A DNA stretch of 64,000 nucleotides. Origin: Squalus acanthias (taxonomy: Eukaryota). The first letter of the stretch is position 1; each line of letters starts with the position of its first letter. Positions 27,687-40,965 of this stretch are shown here, one piece after another. The notes below the pieces were generated by a model. It had not been told where the DNA came from. It saw nothing but the letters and a program-made list of their open reading frames with translations, and searched no databases. The DNA lies in contig CM059448.1 of assembly GCA_030390025.1 (NCBI GenBank), forward strand, positions 17,174,001 through 17,238,000. The letters run 5' to 3'. The position numbers were made by a program, and so were the translations under genes.

Positions 27687-29314
27687 GTGAGGCTCTTTAC
27701 AAAACTGCCCCCCTTTTTTAAATTACTGGTATTGCAGTTTGTAAATCTCTGATAAATATATTGAAAGTCTTGTGTATAGTGCACATCACACTTTAAATAG
27801 TAATGAGTAGCACAAAAAAAATTAGTAACAGGAAAAAATTCTGTCATGCTTTGATTGGTTCCTAGAAATTTTGAGCCAATCAAAAAGCAATTTGCTGCTA
27901 TCTGCTGTCTCTCTGCACCTTTCGCAAACGTTTACTGTATTCTCCAACTCGGCATGAGCAATGCCACAGGAGATCCACTAGTTTGGGGGGGGACGGGCGA
28001 ATTGGGAAATGAGCAATTCCTCACTTCTCCTTCTTGCGTTCACCAAACTATTTCGCTTCCCTCGGCTGGTTCTCGAGCAGCAATGGCAGAGGTCTGGGAG
28101 TTGGTTGCCAATCCATTCTCTCCGGTGGGGAACAGTGTGGTACAGTAAGGGGAACAAAGAGAAAAGAGGAGGAGGCAAATAAGCCAAATCCTGGCAGCAG
28201 AGCCATGGAATCTGGGACTGTAGGGCTTTGTTTGCTGTTGTATTGTTAATGCATTTCTGAGATGTACTTAGTACCTGAAAGCAGCCAATGGTGCAGCTAC
28301 CGAGCTAAAGGGGTGAGGATGAGAAGGACATGTCTTCCACCCCTCCCCCCTCAGCTCCAAATCCTAGAATTTCTCTCCCCCCCCCCCCCCCCCCCCTGCC
28401 CCCTCCGATGTTCCACCGGTTCTATATACAGGTACGTGGGACCTCTGCATCCTCTTATCTACATAAACAAGTGGAATCCAGCTTGTGTGCTTTTCCTGAC
28501 TTTCCCTTGTACAAGCTGTAAATATGTTCAGCATTTTGTGTGTGCTACAAAATGTGCATTCAGCAGGAGCCCTGTGCAGCCAGTCCAAAGATAAACACAC
28601 TGTCCATCAACTGTTTCCCCAAACTAAGCGATTTATCCAGCACGTCTCCAAGTGATTCTAGGAAGGCCCTGCAATTTGCATATTTTTTCTTTCCCCGGGG
28701 CCTCGCACAGCAAGGTATTAATTTTCAGTTAGGCTATGCATGTGTGTATTAACTATCACACATATATGGCTACATGCACAGCTGAAGGGTTCTGTGCAGG
28801 CAGGTGCAGTAAGCAGACTGACTTGGCTCAGACCGATTTAAATGCTGTACAACAATCTGAAGATATTCTTACACTGATGGAGCTATTTTAAAAATCCATT
28901 TTGTAATCAGAAATTGCACTCTCGAACTCCGAGAAGCACCTTCTGTAATGTAGTCCTTAGCTGGTAGATCTTTCTGGAGTTAGTCCCTCCGTCATCTAAT
29001 GCGCTTTGTATAAGTTCACTGTTTGTCTTTTTTTAAACAAATAAAAAAACATCTGGATCTGTCCAATTTTTTTTTTTCTCTGCCGATTGTTTTCTCTGTG
29101 TCATGGCCTGAAGGCATTGACTCCTCACTGGGGTACAGTTCCATGGGTGCCAGACACCCTCTGCCACCCAAATAGCCACTGTTCATGTGAGTCTGGATGG
29201 TAAATGTCAGCAGGTTACTCAACAGCAGGGTTAGGGGAGAGTGAGTGGAGTGGGGGTGCAACACAGCTGCACCCCATCCCTTTCTCACCCAACATCTACG
29301 CAAGTGCACCCGTA

Positions 29315-29705
29315 GGGGTACGGCAGCATAGTGGTTATGTTACTGGACTAGTAATCCAGAGGCCTGGACTAATGATCCGGAGACGTGAGTTCAAATCCCA
29401 CCACGGCAGCTGGGGAATTTAAATTCAGTTCATTAAATACATCTGGAATTTAAAAAGCTAGCATCAGTAATGGTGACCATGAAACTCCCAGATTGTCATA
29501 AAAACCCAGCTGGTTCAATAATGTCCTTTTTTTAGGGAACAAAACCACTCCGACAAAGTCAACACTGTGGGAGCACCTTCACCACAAGGACTGCAGCAGT
29601 TCAAGAAGGCGGCTCACCACCACCTTCTCCAGGGCACTTAGCGATGGGCATTAAATGCTGGCCTTGCCAGTGACGCCCACATCCCATGAACGAGTAAATA
29701 AAAAA
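29315..29705 (+). mobile_element. tRNA-derived SINE with a LINE-type tail (third family)
   Basis: GGCAGCATAGTGG A box and GAGTTCAAATCC B box; tail aaggcggctcaccaccaccttctc...gcccacatccc ending A-rich. Confidence 0.7.
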
Positions 29706-29874
29706 ACACCCTGCCAGGAGGTTGTTCAGTTATGAGGAGTGGAAATGCTGCCTAATTATTTTTTTCTCTTCCCCTTCCCAACCTGTAGAAATCTCATGGC
29801 TTCAGGTCAATCAAGGCCAAGCAAAGCTCCTGCTGAGATCACCACTTGCGGCCACCCTAGCAGATAATCTAGAT

Positions 29875-30117
29875 CAGAGGTTCCCAAACTTTACTTATTG
29901 CGTACCTCCTTCCAGATCTACCAGCTGCCTGCGTACCCCTCCCAGCAGACAGGGTTAACAGTTTAATCCTTTAATGCCCAAGCATTGTACAAATTATAAT
30001 ACACGGATACAACTTAAAATCCACCATTAGACAGTTTCTCCGCATACCCCCCCCCCCCCCCCCCGAGATGCCTCGCTTACCCCCAGGGGTGCACGCACCG
30101 CAGTTTGGGAACCCCTG
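29875..30117. mobile_element. hAT-Charlie-like MITE
   Basis: TIR cagaggttcccaaact/agtttgggaacccctg; TSD atctagat/atctcgct (NTCTAGAN-type target). Confidence 0.8.
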
Positions 30118-31024
30118 ATCTCGCTTGACACTTCCATGTAGTACTGGGGGAGTGCTGCTTTGTCAGAGGTGCTGTCGTTCAGATGAAACATTAAACCGAG
30201 ACTCCGCCTGCTTGTTTGAGTAGATGTAAGAGATCTCGTGGCACTGTGTGAAGAAGAGCAAAGAGTTCTCCCAGTGGCCTGGTTCGTGTTCCTCCCTCAA
30301 CCAACCGCACCAAAACAGATTATCTGGCTATGGAAATTTCAGACAGATCACGAGAGATTGGGCAATAGAAAATCAGAGAAAAAGCTAGGGACACAGTCTG
30401 GAGGAATCACTGTAGCACAAGTTGGAAAAAGCGCATTGATTCTAGTCCTCGCAGACCCTCGCTGCACCCCCCCCCCCCCATGTACAGACCTCATCCCAAT
30501 CTGGGGAGGGTGGTGCATCACCGCATTTGAGAAGCGCTTTAAAGTTAAACTAAAATCTGACATCAAATTGTGAAAGCAGCCAGCAGTTGTAGAGATGATA
30601 CTGGCTGCATTATGAACTTAGCCCGATGGTCAAATACAGCAGATGTTAAATAGTGGTATTGAAGGAGGCAGTTCCTGGCTTTTCTGGATCCTCAATATGA
30701 TGATAATGGCCCTTTAAGAGCAACCAGCTCTGGTGTAACACACAGTCTGTTTACAGATGCTTCAAACTTAGTAGTCCACAGTTGCTCCATAGGATTTCTG
30801 GGTTCCAAATGTGCTTGGATTTAAATTATATCACCCAGTACTTTTGCTAGTTTTGTCTATTAGATAATCGTACATTTTATGTCCCTATTTTTTAATCTAT
30901 TGTAAGTAAATAAGTCTTTTTTTCCCCCCATAATTATAATGGTCTAATTTGGTAACGCTGCCAGTCGGAAGGTGATGACTAAGATTACAGAACGCAATGG
31001 TTTGATTGTACCTTGTCTTTGCAG

Positions 31025-31151
31025 TCTGGTGCAGGCCAATCCTGAAGTTGCCATGGATTCGATTGTTCACATGACCCAACACATCTCACCCACTCAGAGA
31101 GCTGAAATTGTGCGCATTCTGTCAACAATGGATGCCCCTGCTTCAACATAG
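31025..31151 (+). CDS. ACACA: ACACA terminal coding exon, (S)[41 protein letters not shown]
   Basis: Absent from the ORF track and read by hand. Acceptor tttgcag|T, TAG at 31149-31151. The C-terminus is ACC1-like ([25 protein letters not shown]) rather than ACC2-like. Confidence 0.95.
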
Positions 31152-31691
31152 ACTGGATTCTGCAGTGAGCTGACTGGGGCACTAGCTCTGCTTGTTCTAT
31201 CACAACAGCCATACTGACGAGGATATTAGGAATTATGGAGTGCGGAAACCCAAGCACAGAAATATGGACACTGGCCCACAGTTGGAATTTTAACAATTCA
31301 TAATTTGTATCTGAGACGTAAGATAAGGAGGAATTTAATTTAACCAGATGTAGATCGTGATGTGATATAAATGTATGTATTCCCGGCACTGAATTGCACC
31401 CTGAACTCTCGTGTCCTTGTGAAAGGTACTGAATATGCCTTAAAGATACAGTGCTTGTTTTTTGCTGGTCCATAAAGTCTCTATCAACCTGCCAGCAATC
31501 AAATCTGTACACTACAGTCCTCGGTTCTTTTGCAGGCATAAATTGTCAGTTAGCACACCTCATGAAGGGCATGTAGTACATTGTGGATTGCAGTGCTAGT
31601 TAACTCTGCAATCGATGTAGAATGCTAATGGTTTGTGGAAATATTTAACACTTTGTATAAGCAGCTACCTGAACTGCTGCTGTAGTTTATT

Positions 31692-31697
31692 AATAAA
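31692..31697 (+). terminator. Proximal ACACA polyadenylation signal candidate (AATAAA)
   Basis: AATAAA about 540 nt after the stop codon, with an ATTAAA just downstream. Confidence 0.4.
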
Positions 31698-34576
31698 AAA
31701 ATTAAAACAGGAGCTGACTTAAAAGAACAGTTAAACAGCCACGTGGAAGTTGCACCTAGCCCCCCCCAACTTGCCATTGACAAAGTCTCTGGGCAGAGTT
31801 CTGCAAAAATGCAGGGACAGAAGGGGTGAATTATGACCGTGTGAAAAAGCTGCCTGTTATGTTAAGCCCCATACTCTTCATTAATGAACCCCAAAGGCAT
31901 GTATACCAGCAGGTGAAGATGTGAGTATTTGCGATTCTTCTATTAAAATCAAAGCCAGCCGATAGAGTTCGTTCCCAACTATGTTACAATTTGAATTTTC
32001 ATGGTGCAGTCAGCTGCCTGATTGACAGGTGGATCCTAATGAGGTTGGTGCAGATGGACCAATTTTGGGAGGAGGGAGGAGGAGCTGGTGGCCATTTTCG
32101 GCACCAGCTATTTTAATCTGATTTGCAGTCGGGGAAAATTACAATTTCCATATTTTACCATAAGCCTGGTAATTGCCAAATCCAACAAGCAAACCGAGAA
32201 TAATAGCAGTAATGAAATGTCAGGAGGAATCTGTGAAAGAAAAGTGTCAGCATTTTCTCCTTGGCCCTGGTGCGGAAAGAAGTGTCTGCGGTTTGAATGC
32301 ACAAGGGTGAAGATATGAGGAGCAATGTTTGAATCGACAGAAGAAATGTTATTCACTTCAGCATTAATAAACTGAAGTGATGGCTTGGAGTTTAACCCTT
32401 TCCTCGGTATTATCCTAAAGGACTTAAAGGAACAGTGCACCAAGAATCGGTCCAAAATAATTTGTGGCTTTAAATCAATTTCACCATTAGTCCATGTGTT
32501 AAGATAAGGGACTTGCCACCACAGTAAATTTCTCAGTAGCCTTGCAATGTGTTGCTTCAGGGAAACAATGTACATTTAGTAAGAGTCTAAATATTTAGTT
32601 GCACCGTGTAACATCTCTCAATAATTTGATCATCTGTAATAAGCTATAACCAGGGCCTGTGAGCAGGTTTTAGAGGAATGTTGGGTGGTGTAGTCAGTTG
32701 ATGACTTGCTAAAGGTTGGCCAGCAATTAGTTAAGTTTTCCCCCTTTTTTACTTGGCTGCGTTTAAAATTTGTGTAACTGCACAAACTAGTTCTGTTTCT
32801 GCCGCAAACTATTGAAGGCGAGCCAAAATTTAGTGGCAGCGATGTAGCAGTGGAGGGCATCCAGGTTCAGTGCCCCCAATTTCCTGATCTCACCTGACCT
32901 GCTCCGTCCACATAAGGGAGAGAGAAAAGCAGGAGCGTCATGGCTGACCACCTGCGAGCAGCTCCTTAATCTCTCAGCTCAGAGAGGATGGCGAGAGGGA
33001 AAGTGAAGAGTCATTACTCGTCTTTATGTACAGCTCCTTATCTCTCAGTTCAGAGCAGTACGGGAGGGCAGGTCAACAGTAGGAGCTGTGAGACCAGGGA
33101 GATCAGAGAAGCTGGGGACAAAGCAGAGGGATTCATACCTTCACTAAACAAAGTGAATATTCAGATTTAGGGAGCCTCAAAAGATTTGGAGCCTTAGCAC
33201 AAAATAAGATGGCAGTTCAGACAGAAGGGGATAATTTCTGTCTTTCGCTAATTGTTCTTTTCAGGCTCTTTTTTTCAACCATCCTATTTAGGCAGCTAAA
33301 AGAAGCTGTGCTGTTCTCCTCTGTTTCACGACTGCCTGCTGGCATTTGTTACTTTTGTTACTTTGATGTTTTGCACACTGGGGGAACATCTTCTCTGAGC
33401 AGCAATTGGAGCAAAATCAAAAACACATTTGTAAAGAATGGGTTTACAATTTCGCTGCACCTGGTGTTCAGAGAAAATCTTCCCCAGTATTGTAAACGAG
33501 TCAGATGAGCCCAAACACTGAAAAATGTTCACAGGTGCCATTTCTTTTGACACTTGTTGAATGCGGTCCGATCATTTTAACTGCAAACAGCATCTGTTCA
33601 ATTCTAGGCAGCTTCATAACTAATTACCTATTTTGCAGAGCTCTTTTATTTGCAGTAGTACCCAAGGATTTTTGCTTGGGCTTTGTAAATGATTAATTAT
33701 ATTTTTTTAATGTATTAGAACCCAGATGCATATGCAGAGTACCATGGCCCCCACTGATCAACTTGTAGTTAGGTTTATATATTTTTTTAAATGCCACATG
33801 TATTATTGATGGAGGTGCAGTTTGTAATGTTTGTGTTTGGAACTTTATTTTTATTGCAGTATCAACACTTTCTAAGGCCCATTGCTCCTCCCCTCCAGCA
33901 GGGGTTGCTGCATAGAGATGTCACCTCCACAGGATTCATGTGGTAGAAATAGGATTCCCTGGTCTTAGTGCAGGAGACACTGTGGGAGAAAAAGGCAGAC
34001 ACCGAGCAGTTATTTTAGTGATCGAATTAGTTGGATGTGTAATTTGTGATGCAATTGGCGTTGCTGTCCTTAGAGCAGAAAGCGCAATTAAAATGCCCTC
34101 TCCTTGCCTGTCTTCATATTCCACAGTGGTGCCTCTGGTAAGACGGCGATTGCGCCTAATAAACAGTTTGTTAGGGAGCTGTGGTATGTGGAGTTTCACT
34201 CGTAGCCTCAACTGTGATAAACCATCGTAGACAATAGGTGCCATGGTGTGACTGTGGGAAACAGCCTGTGATTTACAGGGAAACTATACAGTATCCAAAC
34301 AGGTCTAAAACTCTTCAGTCACTGTAGGGGTCGGCCCCAGAGTTTTACAGTGTGATTAGTGCAAGTCTAGAATTCACCTATAAAATGTGGGCGGTAAATC
34401 ATGCTCTGGGTCTCGTGGTATAAATCCTGTTACTCTTCTAATTCATTATTTTTGTAGGGAATAATGTTTATATTTTTAACCTGTGTAGCAAAGCTCTTTC
34501 ATGATGAGCGTTAAGACTGTCCTGGAATTTCTCTTGTATAGTGATAATAGATGAAAGGTTAAGGTGAGCAATTCGG

Positions 34577-34758
34577 GGGTGAAATTCCTGTCAACATAAA
34601 ATGGGACTGCCTGTGGCATTCGGGCCCTGCCAACAAAATGGCATTCTCCGAGATATAACACATTCCAAACTTGTGCGCGGCTGTGATTTTATTAAGGGTT
34701 ATTAAATACAGAGAAAAGCCGTCATTCTCCCATTTTTTCCTTAAAAGGAATTTCACCC
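34577..34758. mobile_element. Harbinger-like MITE inside the putative ACACA 3'UTR
   Basis: Perfect 13-bp TIR gggtgaaattcct/aggaatttcaccc. Confidence 0.6.
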
Positions 34759-34907
34759 ACCCCACAAACGAAGGAGAGAGGAGTCACGTGAGCTGTTGAA
34801 CAAGTGATGAAATGTATTAGCGACAAAGGAAGTGATTTGTTGTATTGAAGCAGTGGGTCAACATTTTTCAGCCAAAGAATCCTGAGATGCAATCCTGTTA
34901 CTGGAAC

Positions 34908-34913
34908 AATAAA
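34908..34913 (+). terminator. Distal ACACA polyadenylation signal candidate (AATAAA)
   Basis: AATAAA followed by a U-rich tract. It ends a ~3.8 kb stretch with no recognisable SINE or LINE. Confidence 0.55.
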
Positions 34914-37900
34914 ATTGACTTTATTTATTCCATACTTTTTTTTAAGTAATTTTTTTTACACATGAAAGCAGTGAGGCTAACTTTGTTGGGCATGAATTAA
35001 AAAAAATAAATAATGTTTTCCAGAAAAACCCCCAAGTCTTTACCCCAACCACTTCCTGTGCTCTTTCAAAGAGCCGACACGATGGGCTGAAGGGCCTCCT
35101 TCTGTGCTGGGCACGATTCAATATCTTCCCTCGCCCTCCGCTCCTGTTCGAGCTGGGAGAGAGGCATGGTTTGTGCTGTGGGCTCATTCACAACTGCTAC
35201 CGTCGACTGAGTTCAGGTGCAGTCCTGTTCGAATTCTGCACACTCATGGGAGGGTATGGAATTCAGTGAATTCAAATGTGGACCTGCATCTAGAATGGCA
35301 GGAGTTTTTCTGTGAGCAACATGAACTTCATCTCACTAAGTAGGCCATGGATTATAGAATAACTGGAAGCCAATGCATAGCTGATGTGCAATCCAACATC
35401 TATTTCATGGAAGGAGAGGCTGTCTGCGCCTCTCTCGGTTTGTGAAGCAGAAAGCAGTGCACAGTCCAGTGCTGTTCTCCTTTATGGCAAAAGCAAAGAA
35501 ACAAAACAAAAAGCCCACACAGCTGTACTGAGGGTCAGTGTGACTTGTATCCCAATGGAAATGCTGGCACATCCTGTCACATCAACATAGAATAACTGAG
35601 ATAATACACCATGTGGTTTAATAGAAACAGTATTGAGATACTGATGGAAGTAGAAATAAGCTATGCAACTCACAGTGGCTAAAATGCACACTGGTCTGGG
35701 CTCTAGTTAGCAGATTTCATGGAGCACTATTCTTGGCCTCTGCTGCAGAAGGAGAAATTAGCCGGGGTTCCCAGTCCCACTTTGGCTTGCTTTCCAATGA
35801 TCCTTGGTGGACATTCAATGTCTCGTGTGAATAGCCACTTGGGCGAGGTGCCAGTTACCATGGACTGTACCCTAATAAAAGTCAGCATCTGCAGGAAAGG
35901 AGGAGAGGATAAAATTGGGTTTCAGAGCAACTCTAAACTTTGACAGTAGATTGATAAACCACAAAGGTACTTGATGGGGATGGGGGAGAAACAGGGAAAT
36001 TAGTTGCATTACAGTGTAAAAAGAATCTTGTGCTCTCGCAAAGCTGAGGATCAAAGTAGTAACGTTTTCTAATTTAAGGCTTTTGTAACTTCTTCGATCT
36101 CAAGAGTATTGAAAAGATCAAAATAAAAAAAAATTAAATTGAGTCTTAGCGGTTTGTGTTGTCTGATTCTTCATCTAGGCCACGAGGATAGGTCGGAGTC
36201 ATTACCAATCAGACTGTCCCACAAATATTTAAAACAAATTGAATTGCACACCAATACCCATCACAATTACACTTGGTGCAATAACTGAATTAGCAATTCA
36301 ACAAAATAATTGGAAATGCGACATTCTCTATCCAGGAGCCTCCCTCGAGGTTTTTTCGATCTATGGGGGTACTCAGCTTCACTAATTCTGCAGCTAATTA
36401 GTGCTGCACTTGGAAATGAAGTTGTTTAAATGTAGAATTTCTCTTTGGTGAAAAATACATCACGACGTACAGCAAATGTGCCCTAAATTGGAAACCCAAC
36501 TGTAACCCTTTAAGTACCAAACTTTAGTGTTCGTAGCATGCTCACTGAATCGTTTGCAAGTTGTGGTGATTTTCTTTTTCTCCTCTGCAGTGTTGCTTTT
36601 TTCATCAACTTTGTTCTGTTCACAAGCCTCCACCTTTGATTGTAGCGATACAGTTCCCACTGCTCCAGCAAGCAGTTAGGGCTGCAAGTGGCAAATTGGA
36701 GTCTTACCTCTGCAGTAAAGTCAAGTTTAAGATGGAGAGGAGCATCCTTGACCCAATCAATCAGCCAGGACTTGCCCCTATTTAGGGACTGGGTGACATA
36801 GACCCTTTCCCTCTGGGACCTAGCTTTGTATCTTGACCAAACAGATTGGTTGAAAGTCTTTTCTTTAATAAAAGTCCCAAGTGAGTTTGTAATCACAAAC
36901 TCATCCCCAGTGGATATGCGGCCAAGGCACAGTGTCCTTGTACTTCACAGTCAGCCCAACTAAGCAGAAATGTAACATTTACATTCATGAGGAAGCTGCA
37001 GATAAAACCAAATTGTCAGAAATATTTGACATTTCTATGGCACTCCTCATGTACAAGGAGGTTTATCAGAGCAGTTTGGAATGAAGAACAATATCAATCT
37101 TTACTCAATCAATCACTGCATTTTTGTAGGTAAAAAATGTAAAATACTCCTGTTGACACAGTGATACTTTTGCTTGAATATTGACATTTTGAAAATAACA
37201 CCTAGCAACATATTTTAAACTTTAATGAAACATTAATAGATGTTGCATTAAACTTTTTGCAGTTACCATATAGAGGAAACATTACAGCTGTGCACAAATG
37301 TGCAAAATCATAAACTTGTTCTTTATAAACAGTTGTTTCCACATTATGCAGAGAGGAAATCCTCTCCCAATCAACTGGTGGTAAAAGATATGGGGAAATA
37401 ATTTCCAGCTGGCAGCATTGATCCTATTGGTTGGGGTTCCCTGCCCAATATGCGATTATCTGCCCCGCCTAAATGTGCAAGAGTTCATTTTAATATTGAA
37501 ATTAAGTTGAATATATGTAAATAAGGGTTATGACAACTTTCTGTAAGCTCTAGACGGGATCCCACTGTGCTGCATCACTTGCCCATGGACTCCATTTACT
37601 GTCTGCACATGTGTTTCGCTATCTATTGTTTTTATGAATTATTTCTTTTGTCGCATACAGTCTGTGGAAAGGCTGCAAACTAGTTTTATCCCCACATCCC
37701 CACTATTTAGTTTTAAGTGGCATGCAGCCTTTTAAGGGCTGATGAAGCACTGTAACCCTCTTTGACGAGCCAGGATGGGAGCTCTCTGTCAATAATGAAT
37801 GAGGACCAACCCTGGAAAGATCCAGCGAGGTCTACCATTCCTGATTTGTGAAAATGGGAAGCTTGCCAAGGCTCTGGTCCCACCAATTCAGAGCCACGAC

Positions 37901-38209
37901 TGGACAATCTGCACTGTGGAGTGGGTATCTTTAATCATCAAAGAATTCAGACTCGAATCTTCATTGAAAGCCCACCTGTTTAGTTCCCAAAGGTGGCTGA
38001 TTTCACTGTATCCCCTGTAGACATACAGTTAATTACAATTACAAACCCAGTCATTGCAAATGAACAGAACCCTGTTCAGGCTGACAAAAAAAATTACATT
38101 AAAAAAAACATTTTTTTCCCCCCCTTGGTGGACTTAGTTTATTTATTGTTTTTCTACACTGCTTGTCAACCACAACACTTACACTTTCTTCCAAACAGAT
38201 TAATCCTCA

Positions 38210-39588
38210 CCTTCACATGGTCCATCTCCGACTCTTCCCTTCCCTTCCTCGACTTCTCCATCTCCATCTCTGGGGATAGGTTATTGACTAACATTCACTA
38301 CAAGCCCACCGACTCCCACAGCTACCTGGACTACACTTCCTCCCACCCCGCCTCCTGTAAGGACTCTATTCCATTCTCCCAGTTTCTCCGTCTCCGCCGC
38401 ATCTGCTCTGATGATGCCACCTTCCATACCAGTGCTTCCGACATGTCTTCCTTTTTCCTCAACCGAGGATTCCCCTCTACCGTGGTCGACACGGCCCTCG
38501 ACCGTGTCCGTTCTATCTCCCGCACATCTGCCCTCACCCCTGCCCCTCCCTCCCGGAACCACGATAGGGTTCCCCTTGTCCTCACCTTTCACCCCACCAG
38601 CCTCCACATTCAACGGATCATCCTCCGCCATTTCCGCCACCTCCAGCGTGATCCCACCACCAAACACATCTTCCCCTCACCTCCCCTTTCAGCATTCCGC
38701 AGGGACCGCTCCCTCCGCGACACCCTAGTCCACTCCTCTACCACCCCCAGCACCCCTTCCCCTTCGCCCGGCACCTTCCCGTGCACGCGCAGGAGATGCA
38801 ACACATGCCCTTATACCTCCCCTCTTCCCACTGTCCAGGGCCCCAAACACCCCTTCCAGGTGAAACAGCGATTTACTTGTACTTCCTGCAATTTAGTATA
38901 CTGTATTCGCTGCTCACGATGTGGACTCCTCTACATTGGGGAGACCAAACGCAGATTGGGTGACCGCTTTGCGGAACACCTCCGTTCAGTCCGTAAGGGG
39001 GACCCCGAGCTCCCGGTGGCCTGTCACTTTAATTCACCGCTTCACTCCCACTCTGACCTCACCGTCCTCGGCCTATTACACTGTTCCACGGAAGCGCAGC
39101 GTAAGCTCGAGGAACAGCACCTCATCTTTCGTTTAGGCACGCTACAGCCCTCTGGACTCAATATCGAGTTCAACAATTTTAGATCATAACCTCAGCTCCA
39201 ATCACATTTATATTTTATTTTATCCACCCTTTTATTTGTCCCCCCCACCTTTTTTTTCCTCCTAGAAGCTGGCAGCTGTCCTTCATTCTGCCAGTGGATT
39301 TCACACTTCATTCAGCCTTAATCTGTCACATTAACACCACCTCTAGCCTTGCATATCTCTTAATGTCTCTTCATCTTCCCCTTTGTTCCTTTATCCCCTC
39401 CCCCTTTTCCCAGCTTTACCCTGGCCTTAAATCTATTTGATTTCCAGCTCTTCCCAGTTCTGATGAAAGGTCATCGACCTGAAACGTCAACTCTCTTTCT
39501 CTCTCTACGGATGCTGCCTGGCCTGCTGAGTTTTTCCAGCGTTTTCTGTTGTTATTTCGGATTTCCAGCATCTGCAGTATTTTGCTAT
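38210..39588 (+). mobile_element. Penelope-like retroelement, 5'-truncated, with RT C-terminus, GIY-YIG endonuclease and pLTR/tail
   Basis: Open ORF to 39189 with LPFLD, HYKPTDSHSYLDY, CxxxRCxTC and NLVYCIRCSRCGLLYIGETKRRLGDRFAEH...GLN. Perfect 14-bp TSD cagattaatcctca at 38196-38209 and 39589-39602. Confidence 0.93.
39456..39492 (+). ncRNA. Minimal type I hammerhead ribozyme in the Penelope pLTR
   Basis: agtt-CTGATGA-a-aggtc-atc-gacct-GAAA-C-GTC-aact. Stem I agtt/aact, 5-bp stem II, palindromic ACGT stem III; predicted cut after 39488. Confidence 0.85.
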
Positions 39589-40930
39589 CAGATTAATCCT
39601 CAAGTCTGGATGTTTTCCAGTCTGGTTTGTTTTCTGTGGATTTAATTAAATTAATTACCGCATTTATGTTGATACTGGGCACAGTCATAAAGCTGCTTTA
39701 TTGTTCCTGTTTGTTGGCCTTCACAGTCAGTTTGATAGCATCAAAAAGCAAATTACAAACCATTTTGTACCGAGGTTGTCACACTGGCTTTATGTTAAAT
39801 AATACTCGGAAATGGCTGGAACTCACAGGAATGAAAGAATACATACCAGAGAAAACCTTGAGGTGCACATGATCCATTAATTAGGCCACTTTATTATCTG
39901 CTTATTTTGATCATTTCTGCCAAAAGACTAATTTGAAGACAAATACATTTTCCATCAGTGGACCTCGGAGTGAATTTACAGAACAAGCTTCGTATCAGAG
40001 TAAAAGACAGTAGGATGCTAGCACCTTGAACGTTGTAAAATGTCCCAACGCGCTTCACAGGAGCACGTTCAGACAAACGTTGACATCGAGCCACAGAAGG
40101 ATATATTAGAACGGGTGGTTAAAAGCTTCGTCAAAGAGGTAGGTTTTAATGCATGCCTTCAAGGAGGAGAGGTTTAGGGAGGGAATTCCAGAACCTAGGG
40201 CCTAGATGGCGGCCGCCAATGGTGGGGCGAAGGAAGTGGGGATGTACAAGAGGCCAGAGTTGGATTAACGCAGAGTTCTCAGAGGGTTGTAGGACTGGAA
40301 GAGGTTACAGAGATAGGGAGGTGCGAGGACACGGAGGGTGTTGAACATGAGGATGAGAAAATCGGGCCTTTGGTGGACCAGGGCCAATAAAGGTCAGTAA
40401 GCACAGGGGTGATGGATGAATAGAACTTGGTATAAATTAGGATACGGGCATCCAAAGGAGGCGATATTGGATGGGTGACTAAAAGCTTGGTCAAAGAGGT
40501 GGGTTTAAGGAGGATCGCAAAGGGGGAGAGCCTGAGTTCAGGGTAGGAATTCCAAAAGCATGGGGCCTAGGCAGCCGAAGGTATGGCTGTCAATGGTGAG
40601 ATGAAGGTTGGGGGGTGGGGGGGAGAGGGATAATGCACCAGAGGCCTGTGATTCACAGGGGGTCCAACGTGTCAACAGGGATCTCGGGTTCGTGTCACGC
40701 TACAGAACGTGACTCGACATCGTTGTCTGTTTTTCCAGTTTAAAAAAAAAGTTAAAAGCTTAACTGCAGACGGCAACATTTGACACGTTGGACCCTCTGT
40801 GACCCACCTCATTGTCTTAGCTGTACTCTGATGTGTCCTTGATGTAATGCCTCCCTAACAGATTATATCTCTGCAGACAAATTGTTCTCTGTGTATATAT
40901 ACTGTGTAATCGATTCCCTCACTGTACCTG

Positions 40931-40965
40931 TACCTGAAGAAGGAGCGGAGCTCCGAAAGCTCGTA
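40931..40965 (+). ncRNA. Minimal hammerhead ribozyme of a second PLE family (pLTR fragment about 40860-41012)
   Basis: tac-CTGAAGA-a-ggagc-gga-gctcc-GAAA-GC-TC-gta, with palindromic AGCT stem III. Followed by AATAAA and a pLTR-like tail. Confidence 0.8.

Noticed and set aside
31149-31220. Stop-codon readthrough extension of ACACA
   Set aside because: The TAG-ACT context is not a known readthrough motif, and the downstream peptide is unremarkable.
30985-31539. 184-aa minus-strand ORF
   Set aside because: Antisense shadow of the ACACA last exon and UTR, with no recognisable domain.
37993-38209. N-terminal 72 codons of the 398-aa ORF as a real protein start
   Set aside because: They lie outside the PLE boundary set by the TSD, start with GTG and cross A/T homopolymers; this is a chance open extension of a truncated element.
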